Shown here in pieces: positions 28,401-41,856 of a DNA stretch of 64,000 nucleotides. A program made the position numbers and the translations under genes. Numbering within the stretch: the first letter of the stretch is position 1; each line of letters begins with the position of its first letter. The DNA is from Tubiluchus corallicola (taxonomy: Eukaryota > Animalia > Priapulida): the NCBI GenBank assembly GCA_030141605.1, contig JAQGDQ010000132.1, positions 1 through 64,000 on the forward strand. The letters are read 5' to 3'. The notes below the pieces were generated by a model that was not told the origin of the DNA, did no database searches, and was given only the letters and a program-made list of their open reading frames with translations.

Positions 28401-31400
28401 TATTTTGACGTGTTGAAAATTATAAATAAATTAATTAAGTGTTAAATTGTTATATCAATTATTCTAATGATTATATCAGGAACTTGAAAAGATTGGCACA
28501 ACGGTCCGCATGGCTGATATTGGCATCCAAACTATGCCCGATGGTCAACGAGTGCCGCTTCCACCGGTCATCCTTGGTCAGTTGGGAACTGATCCAAAGA
28601 AACACACTCTATGTGTGTATGGTCATCTGGATGTTCAACCTGCTAACATTGTAAGTACAAGTGCATGTTTTGTGCTATCATGAAAACGAATAAGTATTAT
28701 ATCATTACTGCCATTATTGTATCATTTTTGAGAAAAGTGTTGATACCATAAATATCCCCTACTGTCATGCATATAGGTGGCATCTTTGGACTGTGTGCTA
28801 GGAGGAGGAAATGTCGGGCTTACTTTGTCATGTTGAAATAGTAGCTCAGCTGACAGAGCATGGGAGTACTAACCCCAGGTCTCGGATTCAAATTCCGACT
28901 AGTCCACAATTTTTCAGTGTCTTCTTTCTCCAACTCATTACCCGTTTTGGGGAATAACTGTTAAAAATATACTGCAGTGGTTTATAAACGCTCTGGCAAT
29001 CACAGTGAATCTAACTAATTAGTGACATCGTTAATTGTCAGCTAATTTGAGAAAAATGTTGATACCGTAAATGTGCCCCTACTGTCGCTGGATTTAAAAT
29101 CAAATTTTAACAGTGATCGGTAGTCCTTATTATCCATGGAAAACATTTCTTTATTTGGTAAAATTGAAGTTATCTATTCATTTTTAAGTTTCCTTTTTTT
29201 CACAACTAGTTTTAAAACTTGTCGATCTTCTTACATTCTACATGCTGCCACCTTTGTTATTTTGGTGAAAGTGACTGTTGATGCATAAAATATAAACGTT
29301 TCTACTTTTTTTATAATTAGTTGTAATAAAGTGAACATTAGTGACAAACTAGTGCCTTTTTGACATTAGTGACGAACTAGTCTTGTCGTCATTTTGTTCT
29401 GTTGGTATGTGTAGGTAGAGTTGCATTGACTTATTGTTATTTTGCAGTCTGATGGATGGGATACTGAACCATTTGTGTTGACAACTAAAGATGGTAAAAT
29501 GTATGGTAGAGGTGCAACTGATGACAAGGTAAAATCAAAATATTATATTGCATTGCATTACATTACATTATATTATAAAAAATATAATAAATAAGATTAG
29601 GTACCTACAATTGTGAGTAAAGTTCGTCATTGCATGATACATTCTGTGCTGTGCATCGCAACTTTTTCACATTTTTGCTGTCTCTGATTGATTTAATTTT
29701 AAAATTTAATAATTGTGGGTTCATTCATAATACAAATAATTATGTGCCAATAGGGATGTTAAACGATAGAAATTTGGTGATACGATAACGATACACTACA
29801 ATACTTCTTTCAAAGGATGCGATAACGATCATCTGTTTTTTAGATGATACGATACAATAAGATAAATTATTTCGAACAATAAAAACGATTAGACAATTTG
29901 TGCAACAACAGACAAAATATCATTAATAATTAAAATTATTAAGTGTTTCAGTGTGTTCAGTGCAGTGTACTTAAATCGCTGCTAGTTATGAAATAATGAA
30001 GTTTGTTTGTCATAATGATTCATAAATAAGCAAGCTGCGACAGACAAACATATTACTACGACAAAAATATTTATCTATTCGAAGCAGCACATGACCGGGA
30101 AAGTGGCACTAAAAATATGGTACAGTGCATTTGGCATCTGCACGTTAGTATGAAAGTGTATAAAAGGGTCACTCTCTATACTTTGTCAGTTTGAATCAGA
30201 ATGAAGATAGCTGTTATTGCCAGGCGAAAGTACAAGAAAATGATTCAGAGTCTGACAAACTTATAATTTTAAATGACTCTTTTTGTCCACTTTTTGTCAT
30301 AGTTACTGTGAAGAAATAGACAAGAAAAGTAAAGCGATTTTATACAGGCCAAATTCGATATGATACCGACATTCCTAGAATAATATTGATACGATAACGA
30401 TAAAAACAATTGTTTTGTATCGATACGATAATCAATAACTATCGATGCAATAATTATTGATATGTATTGTTATCGTTAACATCCCTAAGTGCCAATAGAG
30501 TCTTCTAGGCTGTAAAATAATTAATTACAAAACTAAACGTAGTTAGTTAGTTAGTAATAAGAAGTTTGAATAAACTAACACCGAATTATGCCTTGGTTGA
30601 CCAACTGTCTATCTTAATCATGTGCTACCTAATGTTCTAAACCACTAGATTTGTATACTTGGGTCCTTGGTTCAACTCCTTGCTCGGTCGCCGACATTTT
30701 TTTCGTTTGTAATCTTTATGTTTCAAAATTTATAAGTGTGATTTCATTTCTTCCTATTCTTTACATTAAGGTTATAACAACTTAATGCACAAGAAAAATC
30801 TTCACTTACGTGAACTTGAAAATTCGTCTTGGAATTTTGTACCTCTTACATGCGATTTTATTGTTAGCAGTAACCACATATGAAACTTGAAAACTTAAAC
30901 TCCCGCTATGGCTGTTAGGTGCAGTTGTTTTGACGGTAGGTTGTTTGAAACAAGTTTAGATAATATTGTATAATGTTTGAAAAAAGAATCAGCGCCATTT
31001 GTAGCACACTCTTCACTGACTAAGCAAAATTACTGCATCTTGTCAATAAAATTAAAAATAGTTTTTTTGGTGACTGAGTGGTGCACATTGGTGAGTCAAC
31101 AACATTACCAATTCACACAAAGATTTTAAATTAAGAATTTTCTTTTCTAGTTCCATACTGTTTGAAGTAGGTAAGCGAAAAGCTAAGTAATATAGCTTTG
31201 CATGGACAGTTTTGTGATATAGTTTAACATTGTCTTTTCTAGGATTTATGTTATGTTATGGATATTTGACATCATGTAACTGTGAGGTCGGAGCAGTATT
31301 GCTGGAGAATTAACACGAAAACAAACAAAAATTCCTTTTAATGCGAGTACAACATACACTTAAAGTTGTTTTAAACTAATATAGTTTTTAAGGCTATTTT

Positions 31401-34400
31401 TGGGTAAAAAATTAATCAGTGTGACTGTTCTAGGGTCCTGTTTTGTGCTGGTTGAATGTTATTGAAGCATATCAAGCAAAGGGTCTAGATTTGCCAGTCA
31501 ACTTCAAGTTTGTCTTTGAAGGAATGGAGGAGTCTGGCTCTGAGGGACTTGACGAGCTTCTTATTGCTGAGAAAGATAAATTCTTCAAGGTACTCTTGCT
31601 TTGTTGTACAAATTTTTTATTTCTGAGATTGCTATTCTTTCTGCACTATTTGTTTTAGAGCCTGTAATTTTGTTTTTCACCCAAATTTTGTGAGAATCCA
31701 GTTATAGTACTGCTGTGTATGCCCCACTTCCTGAATGTGAATGATGATAAGCAAAACATGTTCCTGAAATTAGTTGGTAATGCCTGAGGACTTTATTTCT
31801 TGGATTATGATTTTGCCAATAAAGTTACTACACCTTGGGCTAGATTTAATGGAAAATGAGCAATTATAGCCCATATCTTATTTTGATCTATAGACTAAAA
31901 TATACAAACTGTTTTCTGTAATGTCTGCCATAAGGATACTGATAATTAAACAATTATTAACTGAAACAAATCAGTGCCCTGTGAGTCTCTAACTTTCTTA
32001 ATGTGTTTTTGAAAGCAAATAGCAAAATACGGTACTGCTGTTTAACATTGACATTGAAACAGTTAAACAAATTTTAAACTCTCAAAGTTCAAGTTTATCA
32101 TTGTTACTATGTGTGTTTTCATGTTATGACAGGGTTGTGTTTTGCTTATTCAGTGTAAATGCTTACTTTTGCACAATGCATTTCCGACTGTTAGTCACTG
32201 TAGCCAATCTTACGTGTGGTAAAGTGCATGCAACAATGAAAAGTTAAAGAATTAGGCTTCTGGGGTAATAATTTGTTTTTGTAAGCTTTCTTACAAAAAT
32301 AATAATTTGCTTTTCAGTTATCCAAAATACGTCCAAAAATTATTCAGCTATAGTGCTAAATTGGGTATTACTGTGTCATCCACAGAAACCATTCCTCTAA
32401 ATTAACTCATAACCCATTAACTCGTCCTAGTGCATGCATTTGTAAAAGAGACGCATATCGCTGCATGGCCTAGCTGTAAATCTCCACCCAAACTCTGCTA
32501 GGAGGTTTTTTCTACATGGTGTTTCAACAATGAGCAAGAGACAGCTACTTTGGAGGTTCTTCACCTGCCGTTTGTAGTGGTACACCGTGTGTTATGACCC
32601 GCCTGCCGATTTTAATTTAAGCGTCAGGTTGGCTTCTCACCTGTGTTCTGTACTTGCTTTTGACCTAGTTAGGGAGTTGTTATTGAGGTGGAAGTAATGT
32701 CGGCTGCTCAGGATGACAGCCCTGATGTTTTGTTTTTGTTAATGTGTGTTTACTGGCAATAAAAATGAAGTAATGTCGCAAATGCATCTCCGTTTATTCA
32801 CCATGTTTTGTGTAACCAATTCCAACTCATAACAAAGTGGGGGCTCGAAGCCGGAATGAATCAACCGACGAGTTGCAATGAATTTCGTCTGGACGCTTTT
32901 CGTTTTAATTACTGTGCAACGTCACGATGAATTTTTTTTCTGTTGATGCTAAAGCTTCTTGATTCGACGGTTAATAAAGCTGACAATGGAGAAACTGTAA
33001 GTTACGGCTCATTTTTCTACACAGTAACTGTTTGACGTCGTCTGATTTATCATCATATCAAGTATGAACTGTTTCTGTCTGTTCGTCTGTCAGTGTCTGG
33101 AAATATTCGCATATTCGCTCATTGGAAAATTCCGAATTATTGAGAAATGCTGCTAACATGCGGAAGTATACAAACTTCATACTAATATATAGCATCTCTA
33201 AAGTACATGAGAAATGTGTAGAGGTCACGAAGTTCTGTTGCTACAAGTGAACTATGAATAATGTTTCCACAAACGTTATACTCGAATTCAGGATTATGCT
33301 TTTGTGAATTTCTGGGTAAAAACGAGACAAATTTCATTCTGCTTTGCGGGAATACTGCATAAAATACTGTGGGTAACAATCGTCTGTATTTGCTGGAACT
33401 GAGCCAAGTAGCTGCGTTAGACTAGGGATAACGACCTTGAGGCTACAAGCGTGTATGTATAGGTCGGGGGCTACTGTCAAATCGTCGCAGGTATATCTAC
33501 AGAGTAGTACAAGCTACACCGAAACTCGTATCACGTGAGGAAGCCAGCTAGACAAGCAGTGCATTGATCAGAGATATTTCCACACAAGTACTGCAGTAGT
33601 AAAGGAAAAAAACGGATGATATTTATTGGACTCATTGATTTTGTTTTAAAGCAGTTTGATGAACAATTTGCAATCTTGTTAATTATCACCTAACGCTTTC
33701 TTTTACTAGGCTAATTGCACTACTATTGTTACGCTTACGTGTGCTCCCCCACGGATAACTTGCCCAAGGGGTGCCTAATCGGTATTGTTGAAAGTTAAGT
33801 ATTGTACAGTACGTTGTGTAGCTAGTTGGTAGGCTTGTCTCATAAAGTTATATTGTAGTAATTGTACTAATTACTGAACTATGGCGACATTTGACCCAGA
33901 AATGTTTTGGAAAGGGGGCTTGGTAACCTTGCCCAGATTAGATAAACTCACAAAAGACAATTTACTTGCCCTGGCCGATTACCTGAATATTGAGTTGCCC
34001 ACTAGTGCTGGAAAAGCAAAAATTATTGAAATTCTCGGGAACCCAGAAATTTTGAAAACAGCTAGACCACGTGAAGGGGAGAAATCTGTAATTAGTAAAT
34101 CTCCTCATATTCCTGTGCATACTCCCACTAGAACAGATAGGAATGAACTTGAGTTAGCAAAAATTGCACTCGAACGTGAAAGGATGGAACTTGAAAAATT
34201 AAGGTTGGAATATCAGGACAAAGAAAGGCAAAGAGATATGGAGTACAACGTTAAGATGAAAGAGCTAGAATTGTTAACAGCATCCACTAATTTGGGGGCT
34301 CAGCAAGCCAATAACCAAACTTTTGATGTTATAAAAAACATTCGCCTTGTACCTAAATTTAGTGAAACAGATGTTGAAACATTTTTTCTAACCTTTGAGA

Positions 34401-37400
34401 AAATTGCCAACAATCTTAAATGGCCAAAAGCTCATTGGCCTGTGTTGTTACAAAGCAGTTTTACAGGCAAAGCACAGGAGATTTACTCTTCTCTACCCTC
34501 CACTCAGAGTTCAAATTATGAACAATTGAAATCCGCTGTGCTAAAGGCATATGAATTAGTACCAGAAGCCTATCGCCAACGATTTAGGAACAGTCGGAAA
34601 GGGTCAAATCAAACTTATGTCGAGTTTGCAAGAAATAAAGAAGTTATGTTAGACAGATGGTGTCGTTCATTAAACGTTGGGGAATCTTATGAAAAACTAA
34701 GACAAATGGTTTTACTGGAAGATTTTAAAAGCAGTATCCCTATGCAGATCAAAACGCATTTGGAGAATCAAAAGGTAGACTCTTTGCAAAAAGCGTCTGT
34801 TATGGCAGATGATTATGAATTAGCAAATAAAACTAATTTTAAATCTGTACAGTGCACCTATTGTAACAAAAAAGGTCATGTTAAAACAGACTGCTTCAAA
34901 TTTCTAGAAAAAGAAAAAACTGCTCATTCAGAAACTATAAGCTCTAAAGGAGGCCGCCACCAAGATAATAAAGATGCATCGGGAGGAGGCTATGCACGTG
35001 ATGGGCCTACATGTGCATATTGCCGCAAGAAAGGGCATCTCAGATCAGAGTGTCGGATTCTCTTACGACAAAAGCAGCGAGCCGGCTCTCCAGTTGCTTT
35101 TGCCCACAACTCTTCAAAAGAAGATACCTATAGCAGTTTCCTATCGTCAGGTAAAGTGTCGCCAGTGTCGTCTGTGGACACAATTAAACCTGTTACAATT
35201 TTACGAGACACAGGAGCTGCTCAGTCACTATTATTACAGGGTGTAATCCCTCTTGATGAAACTTCTTATACAAATGCTAGCGCTTTAATTCAAGGTATTG
35301 AAGGAGGATACATAGATGTACCACTTCACAGAATCAACTTGAATTCGGACTATGTTAAAGGTCCCGTGACAGTAGGAATTGTTTCTCACATTCCAGTAGA
35401 TGGAGTGTCCCTATTACTTGGCAATGATGTTGCTGGGGATGAGGTTATAACCGCTACATCTATTGTCACTCCTGAGCCAAAAATGGATGCGGAAACTGAA
35501 ATTCTTGAAGAAATGCATCCTGGAATTTTTCCTGCTTGTGTTGTAACAAGATCACAGGCTCAGATTAACAAAGATAGCAGCTCAGAACAAGTGGATGACA
35601 AAGATAGTTCACCACCGTCTACCTTCCCAAGAGAGAACCAAAGTGGTTCGATGGCTTTAAGCCACACGTTTGCCGCACAGATGGATAAAAATTCACCAAC
35701 ATTATCTCTGAAACAAGAGGAACTTATTAAGGCACAGACAAATGATCCCTCTCTTAACAAGCTCTTTTCTCTAGTCATGTCACAAGAGGAAATTGACAAT
35801 GTTTCAGAAGGCTACTACATGCAGTCTAAAGTACTCATGAGAAAGTGGAGACCACCAGATGCTCCTGCAGATGAAGATTGGCGTGTACACCACCAAATTG
35901 TAGTACCACAACGTTACCGTAAAGAACTAATGAAGATAGCCCATGAATTGCCATTAGCCGGACACACTGGTGTTAAGAAGACGCAAGATAAAATTTTACA
36001 ACACTTTTTTTGGCCAAAGTTGAGAAAAGATGTTTCTCAATTTTGTAAAACTTGTCATGTGTGCCAAATGGTGGGCAAACCAAACCAGAAAATTCCTATA
36101 GCTCCACTTAATCCACTTCCAGTATTTGAGGAACCATTCAGCAGAATCCTAATTGACTGTGTAGGGCCGCTGCCGAAAACCAAGTCAGGATATCAGTATC
36201 TTCTTACTATTATGGATCTGACGACGAGGTTTCCAGAAGCTATACCTTTAAAGGAGATGACAACTGCAGCAGTAGTTGATGCTTTGCTGAAGTTCTTTAC
36301 ACAGTTTGGCTATGCAACATTTCGAGATTTATGTTACTTGTAATCACTCACCCACTGTTGTATTTACGGACCATAATCCATTGACATTTTTACACAGATT
36401 CAGAAATAAGAATCAACGTTTATTGCGATGGAGTCTGTTCCTCCAACAGTATGATTTAGTTATTGTACATGTCAAGGGTAAAGACAATGTGTTAGCGGAC
36501 ACCTTATCAAGATACTGTTTAAAGTAAACCTAAACAAAAAACAGTTTTTTTTCTTATGGGGGGTGAGATGTTATGACCCGCCTGCCGATTTTAATTTAAG
36601 CGTCAGGTTGGCTTCTCACCTGTGTTCTGTACTTGCTTTTGACCTAGTTAGGGAGTTGTTATTGAGGTGGAAGTAATGTCGGCTGCTCAGGATGACAGCC
36701 CTGATGTTTTGTTTTTGTTAATGTGTGTTTACTGGCAATAAAAATGAAGTAATGTCGCAAATGCATCTCCGTTTATTCACCATGTTTTGTGTAACCAATT
36801 CCAACTCATAACACGTGTCATAGAACCTGGTTCTGGCTCTGCTTAATGGAGTCTTAGAGGGAAGTTTATAACTCTTTGGAAAGAAGAAAAACCGCGTAGT
36901 TTTTTGAAAAGAGGAAAAACCGGACTACACGATGATTTGGCTCGCTTTGACTATTACCTCAGTCGCATGGAAAAAATACGAGTTAGTTTTAGGAACTTTT
37001 TTTCTGAATGTCGTAAGACCCAGTATTTTATCAACATTTCATAGCTTTTGGAGTTTTATACAGTTTCGTGCTTTCAGGGCACTGATTTCGTGTGCATATC
37101 AGATAACTATTGGCTAGGAAAGAAGAAACCGTGCATAACGTATGGACTCAGGTAAAAATATGTTTTTAATTTTATTAGTCTTAAGTTGCTCTTGCTATCA
37201 TGCAGAATCGATTTGAATGACATGCAATTAGTGAATTAAGTATGGTTTTCGACTGGGTACAGTTGCATGGTAAATAATTTAATGAAAATTTGCATTAGAA
37301 GCCAAATCGTAGAATTAGCAAATTTATAGCTATCGTATTAGATGAATGCAGTATATCGTAATAATTTTCACCAGCAAATTCATAGAAGTGTTCGCCTATG

Positions 37401-40400
37401 ATGTACAATAAGATGAATAAGAAAGGTATTTTTCACAGTTGCTTAAGAAAGTGTAGAAATTTATCATTTTGCAGTTTCCTTTTGTTCATGAAAACTTGCA
37501 CACTAGTTGACCGTCAACATTAATTTACAGACTTGATAATCTGAACCGTTTTTCACTCTTTATTGCAGAGGTATCTGCTATTTCTTTGTGGAGATTCAAT
37601 GCGCAAAGAAGGATTTGCACTCTGGTACTTTTGGTGGAACTGTGTAAGTATTGATTGATTTATTACCATTTATTTCAGTATAAAAAAGTCATAAAAACAT
37701 ACAATTAAAATTTACAGTCATAAAAACATACAATTAAAATTTACAATGATTAAAAACTACACTAAAATACCAGAGTTACTATATACAAAATGAAACTAAG
37801 AACGTATAAAATTTTGCAATTATATAAATAATATAAAATATTATAATATTACAATGTTTTGCATTTTTACAATGTTATCACGAAGTTAAAAAATTTCAAA
37901 ATGATAAATAAGTTATCATACCTGAAAGATATCGATATGTTTTGTTTTGTATTAACAAAAAGTGCATAACTTTCTTTTATTTGTATATATGTCTATGTTT
38001 GGAACACTATATTGCTTTGCTACCGTTTGTAATTTGCTTGAAGTCATCGTCATCAGCACCTTCATGGCTATTATTGTTATTGTTTATTTTAGACATGAAG
38101 CCATGGTTGATTTAGTTCACCTGATGAGCTCACTGATCGACATGTCTGGAAAAATCTTAATACCTGGAATAAACGAAGCCGTTGCCCCGGTTACTGCGGA
38201 AGAACTGAAAATATACGACCAAATAGATTTTGATCATGTAGGTTGATGAGCGCAGTTTTTATAGTTGCATTGTGCAGTATGATTGGTGATGGTTATGGCA
38301 GTTTTACAGGTAACATTATGTAAAGCCTGTTTTACATTTGTATGATATCTGACAGAAAAAATTTAGAATCTTTGAACAAAGCTTCACAAATGTGACGCCC
38401 TTTGGATTGTGTGCTGTAAGAAGGAAATCTTGGGCCTGTTATGTCATGTTGAATGGTAGCTCAGCTGGCACAGCATAGAAGTACTAATCCCATGTCTCGG
38501 GATCAAATCCCGACTAGTCCACAATTTTTCAGCGTCTCCTTTTTTCTCCACCTCATTGTACCCAATAGGTAATAATTAAAATAAACCGCAATGGTTAGTA
38601 AGCATTCTGGGAATCACTGTCATAATATAATTAATTAATGAAAGTTTCACAAATCTTGAATTAATACGAGACTCATTCTAGTTTATGTTTAATGTCAGAG
38701 AAGTATAAAAGCTATTTGGCACCATACCTAATTTTAAATGTGCGTAAAGCAGACCTTACTTGTACTTGTTAGATTAACTAACAGTTCTAGTACGTGGAAA
38801 GTACTTTACATCTAAACCTTTGATGTTAATGCCAGTGTCTTGATAGAGGCTGGTAAACGCATTTTCAGCTGCAAAGCTGTCAAGATTTATTGCCCGATTA
38901 ATGTGTTATAGGTTGATTATTGCAAAGACATTGGAGCAAAACGTTTACTTAGACACGACAAAGCCAAAGCCCTAATGGCAAGATGGAGGTACCCTTCCTT
39001 GTCAATACATGGTATGTTCTTTTTTGCATTTCCCCGTTGCTGTTGCACTTAGAACACTTTTTCTTTCGCTATTTTTTCTACAAAACAAAAAACAACATTA
39101 AAATGAACTCATGGGCTTAGAAAGCAAGTTGATGCGTTTGCAAGCTTTTTTGTTCTTATTTGAATGTATGCTTTTCTCAACAATGACGAGGACGATATTG
39201 CTAGTGGCGTGGTTGTGGCTCAGATGGCCTCCATGGTTTGGTACTTGCGTTAGGCAGTATCGTTCATAAATTTTGGCTGTTTTCCTCATAGCGGGGGATG
39301 TACATTAGATCAAATGTAACTGAGATGCTTCTGCTGGTTCAGTGGCTCTTCTTGGTGGGAAATTCTTGATAATTATCCGATCATGCTGATTATTGTGTAC
39401 TCCCTCCGTTTGAGTGTTTTCTTATCTGTCTTTGTGCCAGAATGTATGAAAAATGACTCTTGTAATTAATGCAATTTTTGGATGTGCAGCTCCACCTATA
39501 CATACAGTGATTCTAAAGCCAAAACAGTTTTTATTCAAATGTTGTACTTGCCTAGCGATTATTTTTGCAATTTTATTAGTGCAAGACAAAATTTTCTGTT
39601 TAATAATTACGTTTATTTAAATTTTTTGAAGGAGTCGAAGGAGCATTCTATGAACCCGGTTCGAAAACCGTTATCCCTAGGACAGTCATCGGCAAGTTCA
39701 GTATTAGGTTGGTTCCAAACATGGATCCCAACAAAGTTGCGGAACAAGTAGCCGAATACTTGACCAAAAAGCATGCTGAGAATGGTAGTCCTAACACTCT
39801 AAAGTAAGCTTCGTTTGTGTGTCCAGTGGTGTAACTACTACTAACAGTCGCGGTTGTCCCAGAAAGGGATCCCTAGAGATTAATAGATTAATTGTAAATT
39901 TTTTAAATTCTTTATAGAAAGAACAGTGTCCGCTTCAAAAACAATCTACTGTATGATAATTTTTGTTACATTTTTCAGTAAAATTCAACATTTCCACTGC
40001 ACTGTAGCTGTCATCGTCAAATATTTTACGAGCATAGTTGGTTAAGTATTAATGAATTATCTATGTTGACTCAGACATTCAAAATGAATGAGAAGTAAGA
40101 AATATACCATCCATGGGTCACTTGCTACCCTTTGAAAGGGTATAGAGGCTAATATAATGAGGCCAACTAGTTTGCAGTAGGTGCCTATTATTGCTGTTAG
40201 ATTAAAAAATATGGCAATTTTACACTTTATTGAACTCTTCTACAATAAAATTGCCTGTGCAGACAGTAAAATTTCTACCGTAAAAATAAAAACATGCATA
40301 ACAGTAAATTTTTTGTATACTATTTTATGTATTAGAAGTATTGTATACTATTTTGTGTATTAGTAGTATTTGTTGCTAGAGGTATTCAATAACATTCCTA

Positions 40401-40423
40401 TTCATTCTTACATTAGGCTAACT

Positions 40424-40455
<32 letters not shown>

Positions 40456-41777
40456 AGATAATGTTTATTTTCATCGGTATGATATAAAACAGTACATATT
40501 TGTAAAACATGAGCTTAAAGCTCGTAAACCGATATCGAACACAATGAGTATATGAGTGATAACATGGTAATAATACGTACTTCTTAAAATCTTTTGGATG
40601 CCACCAGAGGTATTGGTACAAGAAAAAATTTATAACTACATGAAGACAGTAAAAAATTGAGACAGTAAAATTTTAGACAGTAACATTTTCTAAAATTTAC
40701 ACAAAACGGTTACTGGCAGCATTAATGTTTGTTTGCAGGCTTGCTGCTACAAGTGCTACTGTCAGTGATAACATTATAATCTGCCACTATCACTAAATGT
40801 CACTGAATATTACGATGCGAACGAATTTTTTTAGTTAAAATTCGATTGGAACCTAAAATTATGGATTCAAGTAATTCAACACTTTGACTACATGCATTCT
40901 TTAGCATTAAAACGTTTGAAACATCATGCAATTTAGCTGCGATTTATGTGCACAATATTTCAAACAAATTACTAGTATTTTTACCGGAGAACAAAATCAA
41001 GCAATATGCATGATCTTTGTGAGACCGCTTTTTATAAATGATTCAAGAATTTATTCGAAGGTCTTTAAAACCGAATTCAAATTTGAAACCTCAAAGTTCA
41101 GTTTAGTTTGAGTTCGAAAGTCACAAATTTGATTTGAATCGAATTCGCTTTCTGGTAGAGAATGCTCACACCTAAGGAATGTATGTTGTCATGCAAATAA
41201 AGGAAATAAACTCTGTTTAAATATGTACTATTAAATAACTAGGAATTATGTTTCATTATATTGTGTAAAGACTAACTAAAAACTGAGCAGTGGTCTATAT
41301 AATGTCTATCAATAATTGTTTAAGCAATTGATAATTGTGCAATCTTCTGCTTGCAGAAGTTAACAATTAAAAAAATAAAAAAATTTAGAGAAAGTATTTT
41401 TAACTATTTTAAACATGCAATGCTATGCTGAACTCCCAGAAATGTACTTCCCCGGTTTAGCGCAATGACCAGCGGTTTTTACATATTCTTCAGCTGCTTC
41501 GTGCAAATTTAACAGGCTGTTGACCTGTTGTTTTTTGCAGGGTCACGATGGGTCATGGAGGTCGACCGTGGGTTTCAGATTTCAACCATCCCAACTACGT
41601 TGCAGGCAGAAATGCAATAAAGAAAGGTTGGGAAGCATTGTTGTACTGCTGCTACATTTGATTTTAGAATTATAAGCATGAGTTTGTTGCTTGCATCCAC
41701 AATGAGATGATAGTGATTGTGAAATTTCATGCTTTTTATTCTCCGTACTTTTATCTCATTTTAAATTATTATTATTA

Positions 41778-41856
<79 letters not shown>

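Larger units (their letters stand above)
32590..36813 (+). mobile_element. Gmr1-like Ty3/Gypsy LTR retrotransposon, internally deleted (no RT), in CNDP2 intron 5
   Basis: Two 245-bp LTRs TGTTATGA...TCATAACA, 4-bp TSD CGTG (32586-32589, 36814-36817), PBS TGGGGGCTCG matching the tRNA-Pro 3' end, PPT ATGGGGGGTGAGA; domain order protease-integrase-(gap)-RNase H. Confidence 0.95.

Noticed and set aside
28835-28906. Possible genuine tRNA genes here and at 38450 and 57135
   Set aside because: Mismatched acceptor, D and T stems and shared non-tRNA flanks indicate repeat-derived pseudo-tRNAs
31728-31790. Possible intronic C/D-box snoRNA (ATGATGA...CTGA with short TCCT/AGGA stem)
   Set aside because: C-to-D spacing of ~47 nt is too short and I recognise no rRNA guide sequence
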